DNA of 33,814 nt. Source: a virus. Lineage: Duplodnaviria; Caudoviricetes. Every line of letters begins with the position of its first letter. The stretch's first letter is position 1. Below the pieces are notes generated by a model. It made no database searches. It saw nothing but the letters and a program-made list of their open reading frames with translations, and was not told the DNA's origin. Made by a program: the position numbers and the translations under genes. Location of the stretch: IMG/VR virus record IMGVR_UViG_3300032261_000044, positions 1-33,814 of that record; one strand, given 5' to 3'. Of this stretch, positions 16,838 to 25,769 are shown one piece after another.

Positions 16838-19666
16838 ATGGCCGACGAAGCCCTGCGCGAAAAGCAAGAACAGGAAAAACTCGCCAAGGCGCGCGATCAG
16901 GCCAAGCGGGATGAGATGGCGGGCTGGATCAGGCGCACCTTCTCCGATCCGGAGTTTCGCGCGCTCGACAGCAAGGACAAGATCAGCATCATGGAGCAGG
17001 CCGATCCGGAGTTTCAGTCGATTCCCGATATGGCCGACAAGGCGCGCGTCGTTCAGTCGTACCTGTACCAGGTTCCCAAAGGGATGCCCTCCACCGGCAG
17101 CGCGTGGCGGGACTTTGCGGAGAGCTTCGTGGGGGCCGCGATGCAGCCGGTCTACTACGGCGGCGAACTTGTGCGGCGCGGCGAGCAAAAGCTCTTCGGC
17201 AAAACGGGCGAGAAGCTGGAAGAGATGGGCGTGCCCAAAGGCATGGTCGAGTTCATGGGCCTGGAGGGGCATCCGTTAGAGCGGCCCGAGACGCAGTATT
17301 TTCTCCGCCCCACGGAGAGCTTTGCGGGCAAGGCAGGCGCGATTGCGGAGCCGATCGTAGAGCTGGCGCTCGCGCCCGAGCTGAAAGCCACCAAGGTGCC
17401 CAAGCTGCTCAAGAGCGGGCAGGCGCTGATGCGCGCGGGCAAGCCCGTGCTGCGCGAGACGCTGCCCTCCTTCCTGGCGCGGTCGGCCACCGAAGGCGTC
17501 AAGCTGGGCGTTCAGGCCGGGCTGCACGGAGACAAGCCGGTTCCCGGCGCGATCCTGGGAGCCTCGATGCCCATGGCCGGCTGGATGGTGAATAAAATCG
17601 TCGCGCCGTCGCTGGCAGGCAGCGCCCGCTGGCTCTACAATCGCGCGCTCAATCCCACCACCAAAATAACCAAGGGTGAAACCGCCGAAGTTGTGCCCGA
17701 GCTGCTCGAGCGCCATTTCTGGAGGGCCACGTTCCCGCGCCTGAAGGATGCCGCCGAGGAGAACCTGGCGAATGCCGAGCAGGGCGTCGGTCAGGCCGAG
17801 GCCGCTGCTATCAGACGGTCGCAGCGGACCTACACCACGACCGGATACTACCGCGTGAGCCGCACGCCGCCGCCGCGACCGGGGCCGGCCACCATCAACG
17901 TTCCCCCGGCGGGCGGAGCAGGGGCGGCAGCGGGCGCGCCTGGAGCCGCCCCAGCGGCAGGAGGCGCGGCGGCGATCCCTGGCGGGGCGGGGCCGCTGGC
18001 GCAGGCGGGCGGGGAAGAGATGCTGGGGCCGGAAGCCGCCGCGCGGGCGCGCCGGTCACAGGCCGCCTGGGAGCGGCGGCGGCAGTTTTCCGGACGTGGT
18101 GCGCCGCCGCCACCGCGAGGCGCGCCTGGTGCGGGAGCGGGGACGGCGGGCGCGGGAGGCAGGGCGGGGTACGGCGTCTACACGGCCACGCCCGGGCTCG
18201 TGGACGTGAAGCCAGTCTTCGACAGGCTGCAGGCCGAGTTGGCGAAGACGCATGTGAGCGGAGTCTTCCCTTCGCCCCAGGCCGGGACTCTCTACAACCA
18301 GTTGCGGGATCAGCTCAACCGGCTGGCCATGGTGGCCCAAACCGGCTGGACTCCGCAGGGCCGCTACGGCTGGTACATGACCCTGCCGCAGGCCATCAAG
18401 TTCCGCCGCATCCTGGATAAACCTCTGGGGCAGGCGGGCGTGTTCTACAACGATCCCGCCTGGGCCTCGCTGTTCCATGTGCAGGAGATTGCCGCCAACT
18501 CGCTGCGCGGCGTCATCAAGGACAATTTCCCCGAGCTGGTCAAGCCCTATCAGGAGTATCACCTCTGGAAAACCGGCATCCACATCATGGAGCAGACCGA
18601 GAGGCGGAAGATCGGCCAGATCGGGTTGCTGCATGTGCTCGCCACCGCCGGCCCGCTGGTGGGGCGCGGGATCATGGGAGGTGATATCGCCTCTGAGCTG
18701 GGGGAGGTGGTGCTGGCCAACGCCGCCATGTCACTGGTGAGTTCCCCGGGAATGCAGACCATGACTGGCGTGGGGTTCCAGCGGATCGCTGACGCGCTCG
18801 AGAGCCGCAACGTGACGGCTTTCCTGCAAGCAGCGGGGACGGTGGTGAGGCCGCGCCAGGACCAGGAGGAGGACTACAACGTTCCGCCGCCCGTTCCGGG
18901 GCGCGGCGGTGAGCCCGCGCCTCGGGCGGCAGCGCCAGCAGGCGGACGCGGAATGCCAGTGGTCGAAGCGGCACGAGGACCGGTGGCTGCGGAAGCAGGC
19001 CGGGGAGCGCCCGCCGTGACGCCGAAGACGCCTGGTACGGCGGCGGCGGCTCGGCCCAAGCCGAGCCCCTTCGCCCAAAGCGCCACGCCGCCCCCGGGAA
19101 CGACCTGGGAATACTGGGGTCTGAAGCCGCCGGTGGGGAACCAGCCGCCCCAGCCCACCGGGGAGTTCCGGCGCGGCCTCCGGCTGGAGCGGCGAGCGCC
19201 CCAGGCGGCACCGCCGCGCGCCGCCCGGCCTCCTGCCGGAAGAGCAGGGGGTCGGGGACGGCCGGATTTCACCGCGCAGTACCAGCAGGTAGGGCGGGCG
19301 ACAGGCGTGCCTGCCGGTCTGTTGCATGCCATCGCGCAGTTGGAATCGAGCGGCAATCCGGACGCGGTTGGCGGCTCCGGCGAGATTGGCCTGATGCAGT
19401 TCATGCCCGCTACGGCGAAGGCGTTGAAGGTAGATCCGCGCGATCCCGAGCAGTCCATCCGGGGCGCGGCCACGCTGCTGCGGCACCTGATGCAGAAGTA
19501 CCGGGGGGATATCGCGAGCGTGCTCGCGGCCTACAACGAGGGGGAAACCGCCTTTGACCGGCGGCGGCGGCGCGGCCAGGCGCTGCCCGCCATCACCCAG
19601 CGCTACGTGCGCAATGGGCTGGCACTGCTCGGGCGGGGCGGGCAGAGTCTGGCCGGAGCGCGCTAA
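16838..19666 (+). CDS. internal virion protein with C-terminal lytic transglycosylase (SLT) domain
   Basis: AIAQLESSGNP.AVG..GEIGLMQFMPATA ... LAAYNEG SLT motifs in the last ~130 aa. Confidence 0.85.
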   Translation: MADEALREKQEQEKLAKARDQAKRDEMAGWIRRTFSDPEFRALDSKDKISIMEQADPEFQSIPDMADKARVVQSYLYQVPKGMPSTGSAWRDFAESFVGAAMQPVYYGGELVRRGEQKLFGKTGEKLEEMGVPKGMVEFMGLEGHPLERPETQYFLRPTESFAGKAGAIAEPIVELALAPELKATKVPKLLKSGQALMRAGKPVLRETLPSFLARSATEGVKLGVQAGLHGDKPVPGAILGASMPMAGWMVNKIVAPSLAGSARWLYNRALNPTTKITKGETAEVVPELLERHFWRATFPRLKDAAEENLANAEQGVGQAEAAAIRRSQRTYTTTGYYRVSRTPPPRPGPATINVPPAGGAGAAAGAPGAAPAAGGAAAIPGGAGPLAQAGGEEMLGPEAAARARRSQAAWERRRQFSGRGAPPPPRGAPGAGAGTAGAGGRAGYGVYTATPGLVDVKPVFDRLQAELAKTHVSGVFPSPQAGTLYNQLRDQLNRLAMVAQTGWTPQGRYGWYMTLPQAIKFRRILDKPLGQAGVFYNDPAWASLFHVQEIAANSLRGVIKDNFPELVKPYQEYHLWKTGIHIMEQTERRKIGQIGLLHVLATAGPLVGRGIMGGDIASELGEVVLANAAMSLVSSPGMQTMTGVGFQRIADALESRNVTAFLQAAGTVVRPRQDQEEDYNVPPPVPGRGGEPAPRAAAPAGGRGMPVVEAARGPVAAEAGRGAPAVTPKTPGTAAAARPKPSPFAQSATPPPGTTWEYWGLKPPVGNQPPQPTGEFRRGLRLERRAPQAAPPRAARPPAGRAGGRGRPDFTAQYQQVGRATGVPAGLLHAIAQLESSGNPDAVGGSGEIGLMQFMPATAKALKVDPRDPEQSIRGAATLLRHLMQKYRGDIASVLAAYNEGETAFDRRRRRGQALPAITQRYVRNGLALLGRGGQSLAGAR

Positions 19667-19808
19667 TAGCGCTTCCTCCCTTTTAGCCGTTCCCACATTC
19701 CTATGGCGCAGCCCGCCAACATTACCACGGCGAAAATGGCCCCAAAGATGTAGAGCGGCTCACGTATGCCTAGAGCGTCCAGCACCAGAAGCACCATCAC
19801 GAACACGA

Positions 19809-20732
19809 TCATTCCTCCTCCTTCCACTTGAGCCCCAGCCGGTCGTTGGGGGCGTTAGCGAGATCCTGCTCCGTGCCCAGATAACGCTCCGTCGTCTGGA
19901 TCGACTGATGGCCTAACAGCATCTGGATCTGTTCGAGTTTGCCGCCGTGGGTGCGGCAGAGTTTGGCGCAGGTGCGCCTCAGATCGTGGGCCTTGAGGGT
20001 CACGCCGATCTCGCGGCCATAGCGCGCCGCCAGCCGCAATATCCCGCTGCCCGAGATGGAGTCGCGGGTGATCTGGCCGTGGCGGTTGACGGCCCTGAGG
20101 ATGCGTCCGGTGGAGAGTTGTGCCGCCTCCTTCCAGCGGTCGATGGCGATCTTCACCCACCCGGGCAGGGGCACCGTGCGGATGCGCCCCCGCTTGCCCC
20201 GGATGTCCACCAGGCAAAAGCGCCCGTCGCGCTCCCCGACGTGTTCGAAGGTAAGTTGTGCTGCCTCGGCTCTCCGCAGGCCGCAACCCACCAGCAGGGA
20301 CAGGGCGCAGCGGTCGCGCTTGCCCTTGACGGTGTCAGGCTCCGGGGCCTGGATGAGCGCCTGGGCCTGCTGCTGGGTCAGCCAGTTGCCCGCCCGGTTG
20401 CCGCTCAGCCGGACGTTAGGCACCTCGTCGATCCCAGCGGCGGTGGCAGCGTCGAGGTAGCCGTTGTGAGCAGCCTCCCGGGCCAGCTTGCGGATGGCCG
20501 AGAGGCATATGTTGATGGTCGAAGGCGCAAGGCCGCGCTTCTCCAACTCGGCGCGCCAGGCCTGCACGCTGGCGCGGTTAAACGGAAGCGCGCAGGCGGC
20601 GCGCCAGTCGAGAAACTCGACCAGGGCGTGGCCGTAATGGCGCTTGGTCTCTTCGCTCGAGACGGTGTCAATGACCAGCGCGAGCACGCTATCGAGCGAG
20701 GCGGTTCGGGGGACGAGGGCGAGGGCGGTCAC
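19809..20732 (-). CDS. tyrosine recombinase/integrase (XerC/D-like, SAM-like N-domain)
   Basis: GLRRAE (R), GKRG (K), HDLRR, LLGH, TERY catalytic set; GTG start at 20732 after GGAAGGAGG; 307 aa. Confidence 0.92.
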   Translation of the reverse strand: MTALALVPRTASLDSVLALVIDTVSSEETKRHYGHALVEFLDWRAACALPFNRASVQAWRAELEKRGLAPSTINICLSAIRKLAREAAHNGYLDAATAAGIDEVPNVRLSGNRAGNWLTQQQAQALIQAPEPDTVKGKRDRCALSLLVGCGLRRAEAAQLTFEHVGERDGRFCLVDIRGKRGRIRTVPLPGWVKIAIDRWKEAAQLSTGRILRAVNRHGQITRDSISGSGILRLAARYGREIGVTLKAHDLRRTCAKLCRTHGGKLEQIQMLLGHQSIQTTERYLGTEQDLANAPNDRLGLKWKEEE

Positions 20733-20974
20733 TAGAGGTCCTCCTTCCGCTGGTGGCTTCTGAGCTTGGGCTCTTCGCAGTCGTGGCCGCGCCTCAGAGC
20801 GCGCTTGAGCGTCATCTGGCCGCAGGCGCAGCGCGGCTTGTCGGTCGAGCGCGGCGCGCCGGGACCGGCCCCGCAGGTGCGGCGCAGGGCCGCCAGCTCG
20901 CGCGCCCGCTCGGTGCCGATGGGTTTGCCGCGCGCTCCGGCGACGGGGTTGTTCTGGGGATTTTCCGTTCTCAT
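20732..20974 (-). CDS. small basic Cys-containing hypothetical protein
   Basis: 80 aa; TAGTG coupling to the recombinase. Confidence 0.55.
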   Translation of the reverse strand: MRTENPQNNPVAGARGKPIGTERARELAALRRTCGAGPGAPRSTDKPRCACGQMTLKRALRRGHDCEEPKLRSHQRKEDL

Positions 20975-21141
20975 GGCTGCCTCTCATCGTTGGCCAGCGC
21001 CTCCAGTAACTCGCGCGCATGGGCTATGGTATGGGCCAGTTCCTCGCGGACGAAGTGCGCCGCGTCGGAAGCTTCGCTAGGCATCATTTCGAGGCCCCCC
21101 TCCAGGGCCTCGAGATTGGTAAGCAGTGTCTTGTAGCTCAT
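20971..21141 (-). CDS. 56-aa helical hypothetical protein (not in ORF track)
   Basis: ATGA overlaps at both ends; MSYKTLLTNLEALEGG...NDERQP. Confidence 0.6.
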   Translation of the reverse strand: MSYKTLLTNLEALEGGLEMMPSEASDAAHFVREELAHTIAHARELLEALANDERQP

Positions 21142-21386
21142 CCTCTGAACCTCCGCTCCTCCAGCCGCGTGATGCGCTCGCCGTGGTCGTTGAGCTTATC
21201 GCCGAGGCGCTCGTTGAGCCGCTTCTCCAGCTCGACTAGCTCGAGCTTGATCTCGGTACGGACCAACTCGATTTCCTTGCGAATGCCGCGCGCTTCCGCG
21301 TGCATCGCCCAGATGAACGGGGCGGTCACCACAGTGATCAGCACGCCTCCGATCGAGGCCACCAGCTTCCACATATCGGGACTCAT
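21138..21386 (-). CDS. single-TM plus coiled-coil membrane protein
   Basis: GAGGAGG RBS; MSPDMWKLVASIGGVLITVVTAPFIWAM, then heptad repeats. Confidence 0.65.
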   Translation of the reverse strand: MSPDMWKLVASIGGVLITVVTAPFIWAMHAEARGIRKEIELVRTEIKLELVELEKRLNERLGDKLNDHGERITRLEERRFRG

Positions 21387-21793
21387 TCGGCCTCCTCGCG
21401 CGCCCCAAAGCCCGTGGCGCATAGGGCGCACTCGTTCACGTGATAAAAACGAGCCTCTTTCCCGGAGAGATACGAACACTTATTCCGGACCCCGTGGTAG
21501 GGAAGGCCATTCTCGGTGGCGGTGACGCGGAAGAATCCGCCGCGCGTGCGCAGCCAGCGTACGGTGACGACGATGCCGGATATCAGACGGCCCGCCGAAT
21601 CTTCCCACGACACCGCTTCGCCCGGGCTGAAATGTGCTCTCATTGCCGTTACGTCCTCCTGACACTCGATCTTCTTGCCTATGTACAGCTGCTCGTCTTT
21701 CAACTCCTGCCGCCGCAGGTGACGGCGGTGCCCGCAGGCGAGCAGCACGGTCGACCACTCGCCCCAGCCGAGGATGTGCTCGATGGTGGTCAT
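21383..21793 (-). CDS. hypothetical protein
   Basis: Likely start MTTIEH at an ATGA overlap with GGAGG upstream. Confidence 0.5.
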   Translation of the reverse strand: MTTIEHILGWGEWSTVLLACGHRRHLRRQELKDEQLYIGKKIECQEDVTAMRAHFSPGEAVSWEDSAGRLISGIVVTVRWLRTRGGFFRVTATENGLPYHGVRNKCSYLSGKEARFYHVNECALCATGFGAREEAE

Positions 21794-22308
21794 TGCCTTA
21801 GCCTCCGGCTTTTCGGGTCGCGGTACGGATAGCCGCACTCGTCACAGCGCAACTCCTGTAAACGCCAGCCCTTCCTGATATGCTCCGCAGCGCATTGGTC
21901 GCGCATCAGATCCACCTCCAGGTGATCAATCTGGTGCATCAGTTCCTCGAAGGTCTCAGTTTCAATCACTGCCTCGACACTGAATATGCGCCCGCTATCC
22001 CACTCGGCCCAGAAATGCACTTGCGCCTGTCCAGGCGAGATCTCGACGTCTCCGAACCGGATCTCCTTGCGCGGCGCGGTCGAAACCTTGCGCGGCAAAC
22101 CGCTCAAACCGGCGGATTCGGGATTGCCGTCATCGGTCGAAGCCTCGAACCACTCGCGCATCCATTCCCAAACACCGGGCGCGCGTTCATCCCATACCGT
22201 TTTGTCGCGCGACCACACGGACCATTTGAGGTCTACCGTGCGCTCGTATTTTTCATTGAAATGCTCTGATTCTGGCGGATCTGCAGAATGCATCGGATTT
22301 TGTAACAT
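21790..22308 (-). CDS. hypothetical protein
   Basis: 172 aa; preceded by the shared leader AAAAGGACATAGAC. Confidence 0.6.
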   Translation of the reverse strand: MLQNPMHSADPPESEHFNEKYERTVDLKWSVWSRDKTVWDERAPGVWEWMREWFEASTDDGNPESAGLSGLPRKVSTAPRKEIRFGDVEISPGQAQVHFWAEWDSGRIFSVEAVIETETFEELMHQIDHLEVDLMRDQCAAEHIRKGWRLQELRCDECGYPYRDPKSRRLRQ

Positions 22309-22358
22309 GTCTATGTCCTTTTCTGCGGCTGTGCCGCATCTGCGATACGTTGCAATTT

Positions 22359-22381
22359 CACGGTACCACGGTGGTACCGTG
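22359..22381. promoter_or_regulatory. 23-bp palindrome, operator-like
   Basis: CACGGTACCAC-G-GTGGTACCGTG; the core CACGGYGGTACCG recurs at 27798-27810 and 28094-28106. Confidence 0.5.
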
Positions 22382-22448
22382 CTCGATTCCGTTGTGCTAC
22401 ACTGAGGGCGTCTATTGTCCTTTCACTCGGGTGTGCCACACTCGGGCG

Positions 22449-22481
22449 AAAAACGGCGGGAACGCAGGTTCCCGCCGTTTT
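22449..22481 (-). terminator. intrinsic terminator (possibly bidirectional) closing the small-gene operon
   Basis: AAAACGGCGGGAAC-GCAG-GTTCCCGCCGTTTT perfect hairpin with a T run on either strand, just after the stop at 22490. Confidence 0.75.
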
Positions 22482-22489
22482 ATTTAGCG

Positions 22490-22801
22490 TCATGGCCGTG
22501 CCTCCCGGTAGCGCGGCACGAAGCAGTGTTCCAGCTGGCCGGTTTCGCGGTTCAGACACCGCCGGATACCGGCGATATCGTGAGTGAAGTCGTCCTTCAG
22601 ATACTGCTCCGCCCGGTCGAAGTCTTGGTGACTGCCCGCCATGATGCGGGCAGTGCCGGCAGCGTCGTCCAGGTGCTGGCAGTAATACTCCGCGCCCTGG
22701 AGGGTCACGCGGTAGTCGCCGTATTCGTCGCGCCGAAACTTCCCGCCCAGGCGTCTGATGTACTCGCGCGCGATGGCCTGGGTCAGGCGAGGGCCCCTCA
22801 T
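22490..22801 (-). CDS. hypothetical protein
   Basis: 103 aa, ATGA-coupled to the upstream gene. Confidence 0.6.
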   Translation of the reverse strand: MRGPRLTQAIAREYIRRLGGKFRRDEYGDYRVTLQGAEYYCQHLDDAAGTARIMAGSHQDFDRAEQYLKDDFTHDIAGIRRCLNRETGQLEHCFVPRYREARP

Positions 22802-23499
22802 GCCACCCTCCCGATCTGCACAAACGCGCCGCTCTCAAGTGTGCGGATCTTCCGGCCTTTCTCCCGCAGGCCCACGATTACGCCTTTCGGGTCGAGGAAT
22901 CTCAGGTCATGCTTGTCCCCGTCGATTACCTCCACCCCGTGCCAGGTGGCGGGCTTTCGGCCACGGAACACCACCGCTACGTTGATGCCATGCTCCAGGG
23001 CCTTCATGGAATGCTTGAGGTTTTCGCCGCTATAGCTATAGGTCAGATGATAGTTCTCCATAGTCCTCTCCCATGGCCTGTCGAGCTTGGTGTAGTCGTA
23101 GAACGGCACCCTCGGGAAGCGCCGCGCCATGGTGCGCGCGAGCTTGGGCTGATCTGACGTTCCGTTCAGCCGCTCGGCGGGTTTGAGTCCCCGGTTTTCG
23201 GCTTCCAGAATCAGCTTCTCCGTGTCCCGCTCCAGCCGGTCGCAGAAGCCGTTGAAGTCCGCGATGTAGTCGAGCGTCTTGGCGACGCGGGCTTCGAGGA
23301 TCGAGGGGTAAACCTCGCTCATGCCCGATTGGTTCAGGCAGGCTAACGTGCATTCTTCACTTCTGCCTGCACACATCTCATGCACGCCGTCGGCGGATTT
23401 AGCGGGCGCGAGGTAGAGAATGGCCGTGAGCCATCCCCAGGCCTTGCCCTTTTTGGTCTTAGCGTCCCGGTCGACACTAAGCAAGTCGTATTTTGCCAT
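22798..23499 (-). CDS. GP88-family protein (Cys-triad, radical-SAM-like)
   Basis: LYLAPA..C......C...CL..SG, RLNGTSD, FYDYTK, YHLTYS, NVAVVF, DGD.HDLRFLD motifs recalled for this phage family. Confidence 0.75.
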   Translation of the reverse strand: MAKYDLLSVDRDAKTKKGKAWGWLTAILYLAPAKSADGVHEMCAGRSEECTLACLNQSGMSEVYPSILEARVAKTLDYIADFNGFCDRLERDTEKLILEAENRGLKPAERLNGTSDQPKLARTMARRFPRVPFYDYTKLDRPWERTMENYHLTYSYSGENLKHSMKALEHGINVAVVFRGRKPATWHGVEVIDGDKHDLRFLDPKGVIVGLREKGRKIRTLESGAFVQIGRVA

Positions 23500-23800
23500 T
23501 GTCTATGTCCTCCTCTTCGTCGTCGCCGGTCCCGGCGCGGGTAGCGATGAGGACATCGCCCGCGATGCCGTCGTGCCACGCTATGCCGGTCTCGCGGTGG
23601 GCGATGCGATCAGCTTCGACGTTGCAGGGCAGGTCGTTGAGCTTGCCCTCTTCGTTGAGATACATGACCGTGCCGCCGTTCAGCTCCAGAGCTTCGATCA
23701 AGCCCCCGGCGTAGCGCTGTAGCTCATCGAGGGTGAAGGTTTTGCCATTGGCGGGCATGACGGATTCGCCTGCCGCGCCTGCTTTAATCCAGAGTGCCAT
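23477..23800 (-). CDS. DUF3846-like protein
   Basis: P.NG..FTLDELQ..GGLIE....MYLNEEGKL..LP.N..A....I.GDVLI pattern. Confidence 0.7.
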   Translation of the reverse strand: MALWIKAGAAGESVMPANGKTFTLDELQRYAGGLIEALELNGGTVMYLNEEGKLNDLPCNVEADRIAHRETGIAWHDGIAGDVLIATRAGTGDDEEEDIDNGKIRLA

Positions 23801-23828
23801 GTCTTTTTGTCCTTTCGTTGTCTTGTGC

Positions 23829-24134
23829 TTATTCGTCGTTGTCGTCCAGGCTTTGCTCCAGCCCGTTGGCGGTCCGGTCGATATCCTCCACGATCCAGTT
23901 CAGCGCGTCGCGGAATTGCTCCACCGCTTCGCGGCTGGTCATGCACTTCGCCGCGATATTGAGCGGGGCCAAGAAGCGCTGGACCGCCCGCAGTGCCGCT
24001 AGTTCGAGGCGTTCGTCGGCGGTTTCCCAGATGCAGTCGAACAGGTCCTTGGCCTGTGCCTGAGTCTGCGCCTGCAGGAGCATGGTCTTGAACATGTGCT
24101 CATAGTCGGGAGTGAGCACGATCTCGTTTGGCAT
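23829..24134 (-). CDS. helical hypothetical protein
   Basis: Start MPNEIVLTP after the shared leader. Confidence 0.65.
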   Translation of the reverse strand: MPNEIVLTPDYEHMFKTMLLQAQTQAQAKDLFDCIWETADERLELAALRAVQRFLAPLNIAAKCMTSREAVEQFRDALNWIVEDIDRTANGLEQSLDDNDE

Positions 24135-24160
24135 CGTCTTGTCCTTTCGTTGTCTTGTGC

Positions 24161-24370
24161 CTACTGGTTGCCGTCCTGCCCCTCGGGCGGAGTGAACTCC
24201 ATCCTCCAGCACGTGCTGCATATGCCGCTGAGGAGCATCTCTCTTTCCTCCCTGGGGACATGCGGCATGGCCTTCTGGATAAGTGCGCCTCCGGCCCAGG
24301 CGCGCCACTGGTCCTCGGTGCAGTGAATGATTTGGGGCGTGCCGCAGCTTACGCAGCAACGGACAATCAT
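24161..24370 (-). CDS. small zinc-binding hypothetical protein
   Basis: MIVRCCVSCG...LIQ.AMP....ERE.LLSGICSTCW; GGAGGAG RBS. Confidence 0.65.
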   Translation of the reverse strand: MIVRCCVSCGTPQIIHCTEDQWRAWAGGALIQKAMPHVPREEREMLLSGICSTCWRMEFTPPEGQDGNQ

Positions 24371-24690
24371 GGCCGCTCCTCCCCTGCGGGTGCGAAGTCG
24401 AAGGCCAGTTGTGCGGCTTCGAAGCTCCGGCCGCAGTCGTAGCATTCCCAGGTAGCGCCTTCGAGCGGCTCGGTGTAGCGCCCGCCGCAGTGCGGGCATG
24501 GCAGGCCTTCGACTTCTTGGTTGCGCTGGTCCTCGTCTTCGTCCAAGCGGCGAGGGTCCTGGTCCTCGGGCATGGTGCAGTCGGGGCACAGGCTCAGCCG
24601 CACTCCGTGGCGGAGTACGGAGTACGACGCGGGCACGCGGCAGCGGCCGGCGACGTGGTTGATGGCATCGAGATCACATTGGCATTTCAT
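24367..24690 (-). CDS. zinc-ribbon hypothetical protein
   Basis: CPDC, CPHCGG and CYDCG motifs; shared leader. Confidence 0.6.
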   Translation of the reverse strand: MKCQCDLDAINHVAGRCRVPASYSVLRHGVRLSLCPDCTMPEDQDPRRLDEDEDQRNQEVEGLPCPHCGGRYTEPLEGATWECYDCGRSFEAAQLAFDFAPAGEERP

Positions 24691-24715
24691 ACGTCTATGT
24701 TCCTTTCCTTGTGCT

Positions 24716-24883
24716 TCAAGCGTTGACGTTCAGGTCCTGCGCCAGCGACTGCGCAGCCTTGTCGGCGGCATTGATCGCGGTCTGTTTGGCCTCGTCTGGC
24801 GGGAGTTGGCATACGGTAACAAGGTAGTTGTAGACCCAGTTGCCGATCTGGTTTGCGATGTGCTTCAGCCGTTTGTCGTTCAT
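24716..24883 (-). CDS. 55-aa hypothetical protein
   Basis: MNDKRLKHIANQ... after GAAAGGAC. Confidence 0.6.
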   Translation of the reverse strand: MNDKRLKHIANQIGNWVYNYLVTVCQLPPDEAKQTAINAADKAAQSLAQDLNVNA

Positions 24884-24957
24884 GTAAGTCCGGTCCTTTC
24901 GTTGTGCGCGTTCGATTATTCGCCCGCGCAGGCGGAAACCCGCGCGGGCTTTCTGGT

Positions 24958-25263
24958 TTAGGTGTGGATGTAACCGTCGTACTCCACCCCCACATACATG
25001 CCCCACCGCTGGAAATACCAGTGGTCCCGGTTGTGCCTAAGCTCGGCGAGTATCTCCACAGCTTGGTCCGGCCATGCCCGCGCGATAGCTTCGAGGACTG
25101 CCTGCGGGATTTCGTCCCCGTCCAGAGGCTCGTAGGTATTGCCCACAGGCAAGCCCGTCTCCCTGTCGGCGTGGGCGTCAAAGTCGCCGTTCGTCCATAC
25201 GCGGCGGGATTCGTCCCAATCGAGGGTGTAACCATCGGTTGTGCGGAACTTTCGTTGTGCCAT
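24958..25263 (-). CDS. hypothetical protein
   Basis: 101 aa, shared leader. Confidence 0.65.
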   Translation of the reverse strand: MAQRKFRTTDGYTLDWDESRRVWTNGDFDAHADRETGLPVGNTYEPLDGDEIPQAVLEAIARAWPDQAVEILAELRHNRDHWYFQRWGMYVGVEYDGYIHT

Positions 25264-25266
25264 AGT

Positions 25267-25509
25267 CTAGTGTCCTTTCGTTGTGCGCGTTCGTTTATTC
25301 GCCCGCGCGGGCAGGCTGATGTCCCTGCCTTGCTCGATAGCCGTCGCACAGCTATTGCAGTAGGCGTACTCCGGGCGGATGTGGACCAAGCGTCCGCAAC
25401 CCTGGCAGCGCTTCTCCACCGATTCACGCTGTGTGCGATGGTAGAAGGCTATGTCCTCGGCATCTTCGATGTCGTAGAAGCCGTAGTTATCGTCGTAGTA
25501 ACTTGCCAT
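25267..25509 (-). CDS. small zinc-finger hypothetical protein
   Basis: CQGC..CNSC; shared leader. Confidence 0.65.
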   Translation of the reverse strand: MASYYDDNYGFYDIEDAEDIAFYHRTQRESVEKRCQGCGRLVHIRPEYAYCNSCATAIEQGRDISLPARANKRTRTTKGH

Positions 25510-25571
25510 TGTCTTTGTCCTTTCGTCCTAGAACGGGGGGAGAGACTAAGCTCTCCCCCCGGTCCTGTAGT

Positions 25572-25751
25572 TCACACCATAAGCAGGAGTTGCTCTGCCC
25601 CGTACACGCGTGCCATGCCGCATGCCTCGCAGACATACCGCTCGGCGTCAGGTTCCACTCCGTAGGCTTCCGCTCCACACGCGAGACAGAAGCCTCGGCT
25701 ATCGTCTTCGTCGATAGCTTCGATGATTTGTTCTAAGCTAATCTTTGCCAT
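25572..25751 (-). CDS. 59-aa zinc-ribbon protein (not in ORF track)
   Basis: MAKISLEQIIEAIDEDDSRGFCLACGAEAYGVEPDAERYVCEACGMARVYGAEQLLLMV after the shared leader. Confidence 0.75.
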   Translation of the reverse strand: MAKISLEQIIEAIDEDDSRGFCLACGAEAYGVEPDAERYVCEACGMARVYGAEQLLLMV

Positions 25752-25769
25752 TGTCTTTGTCCTTTCGTC

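Noticed and set aside
20733-21020. 96-aa N-terminal extension of the recombinase in the ORF track
   Set aside because: Overlaps two coupled ORFs; the strong RBS favours GTG 20732.
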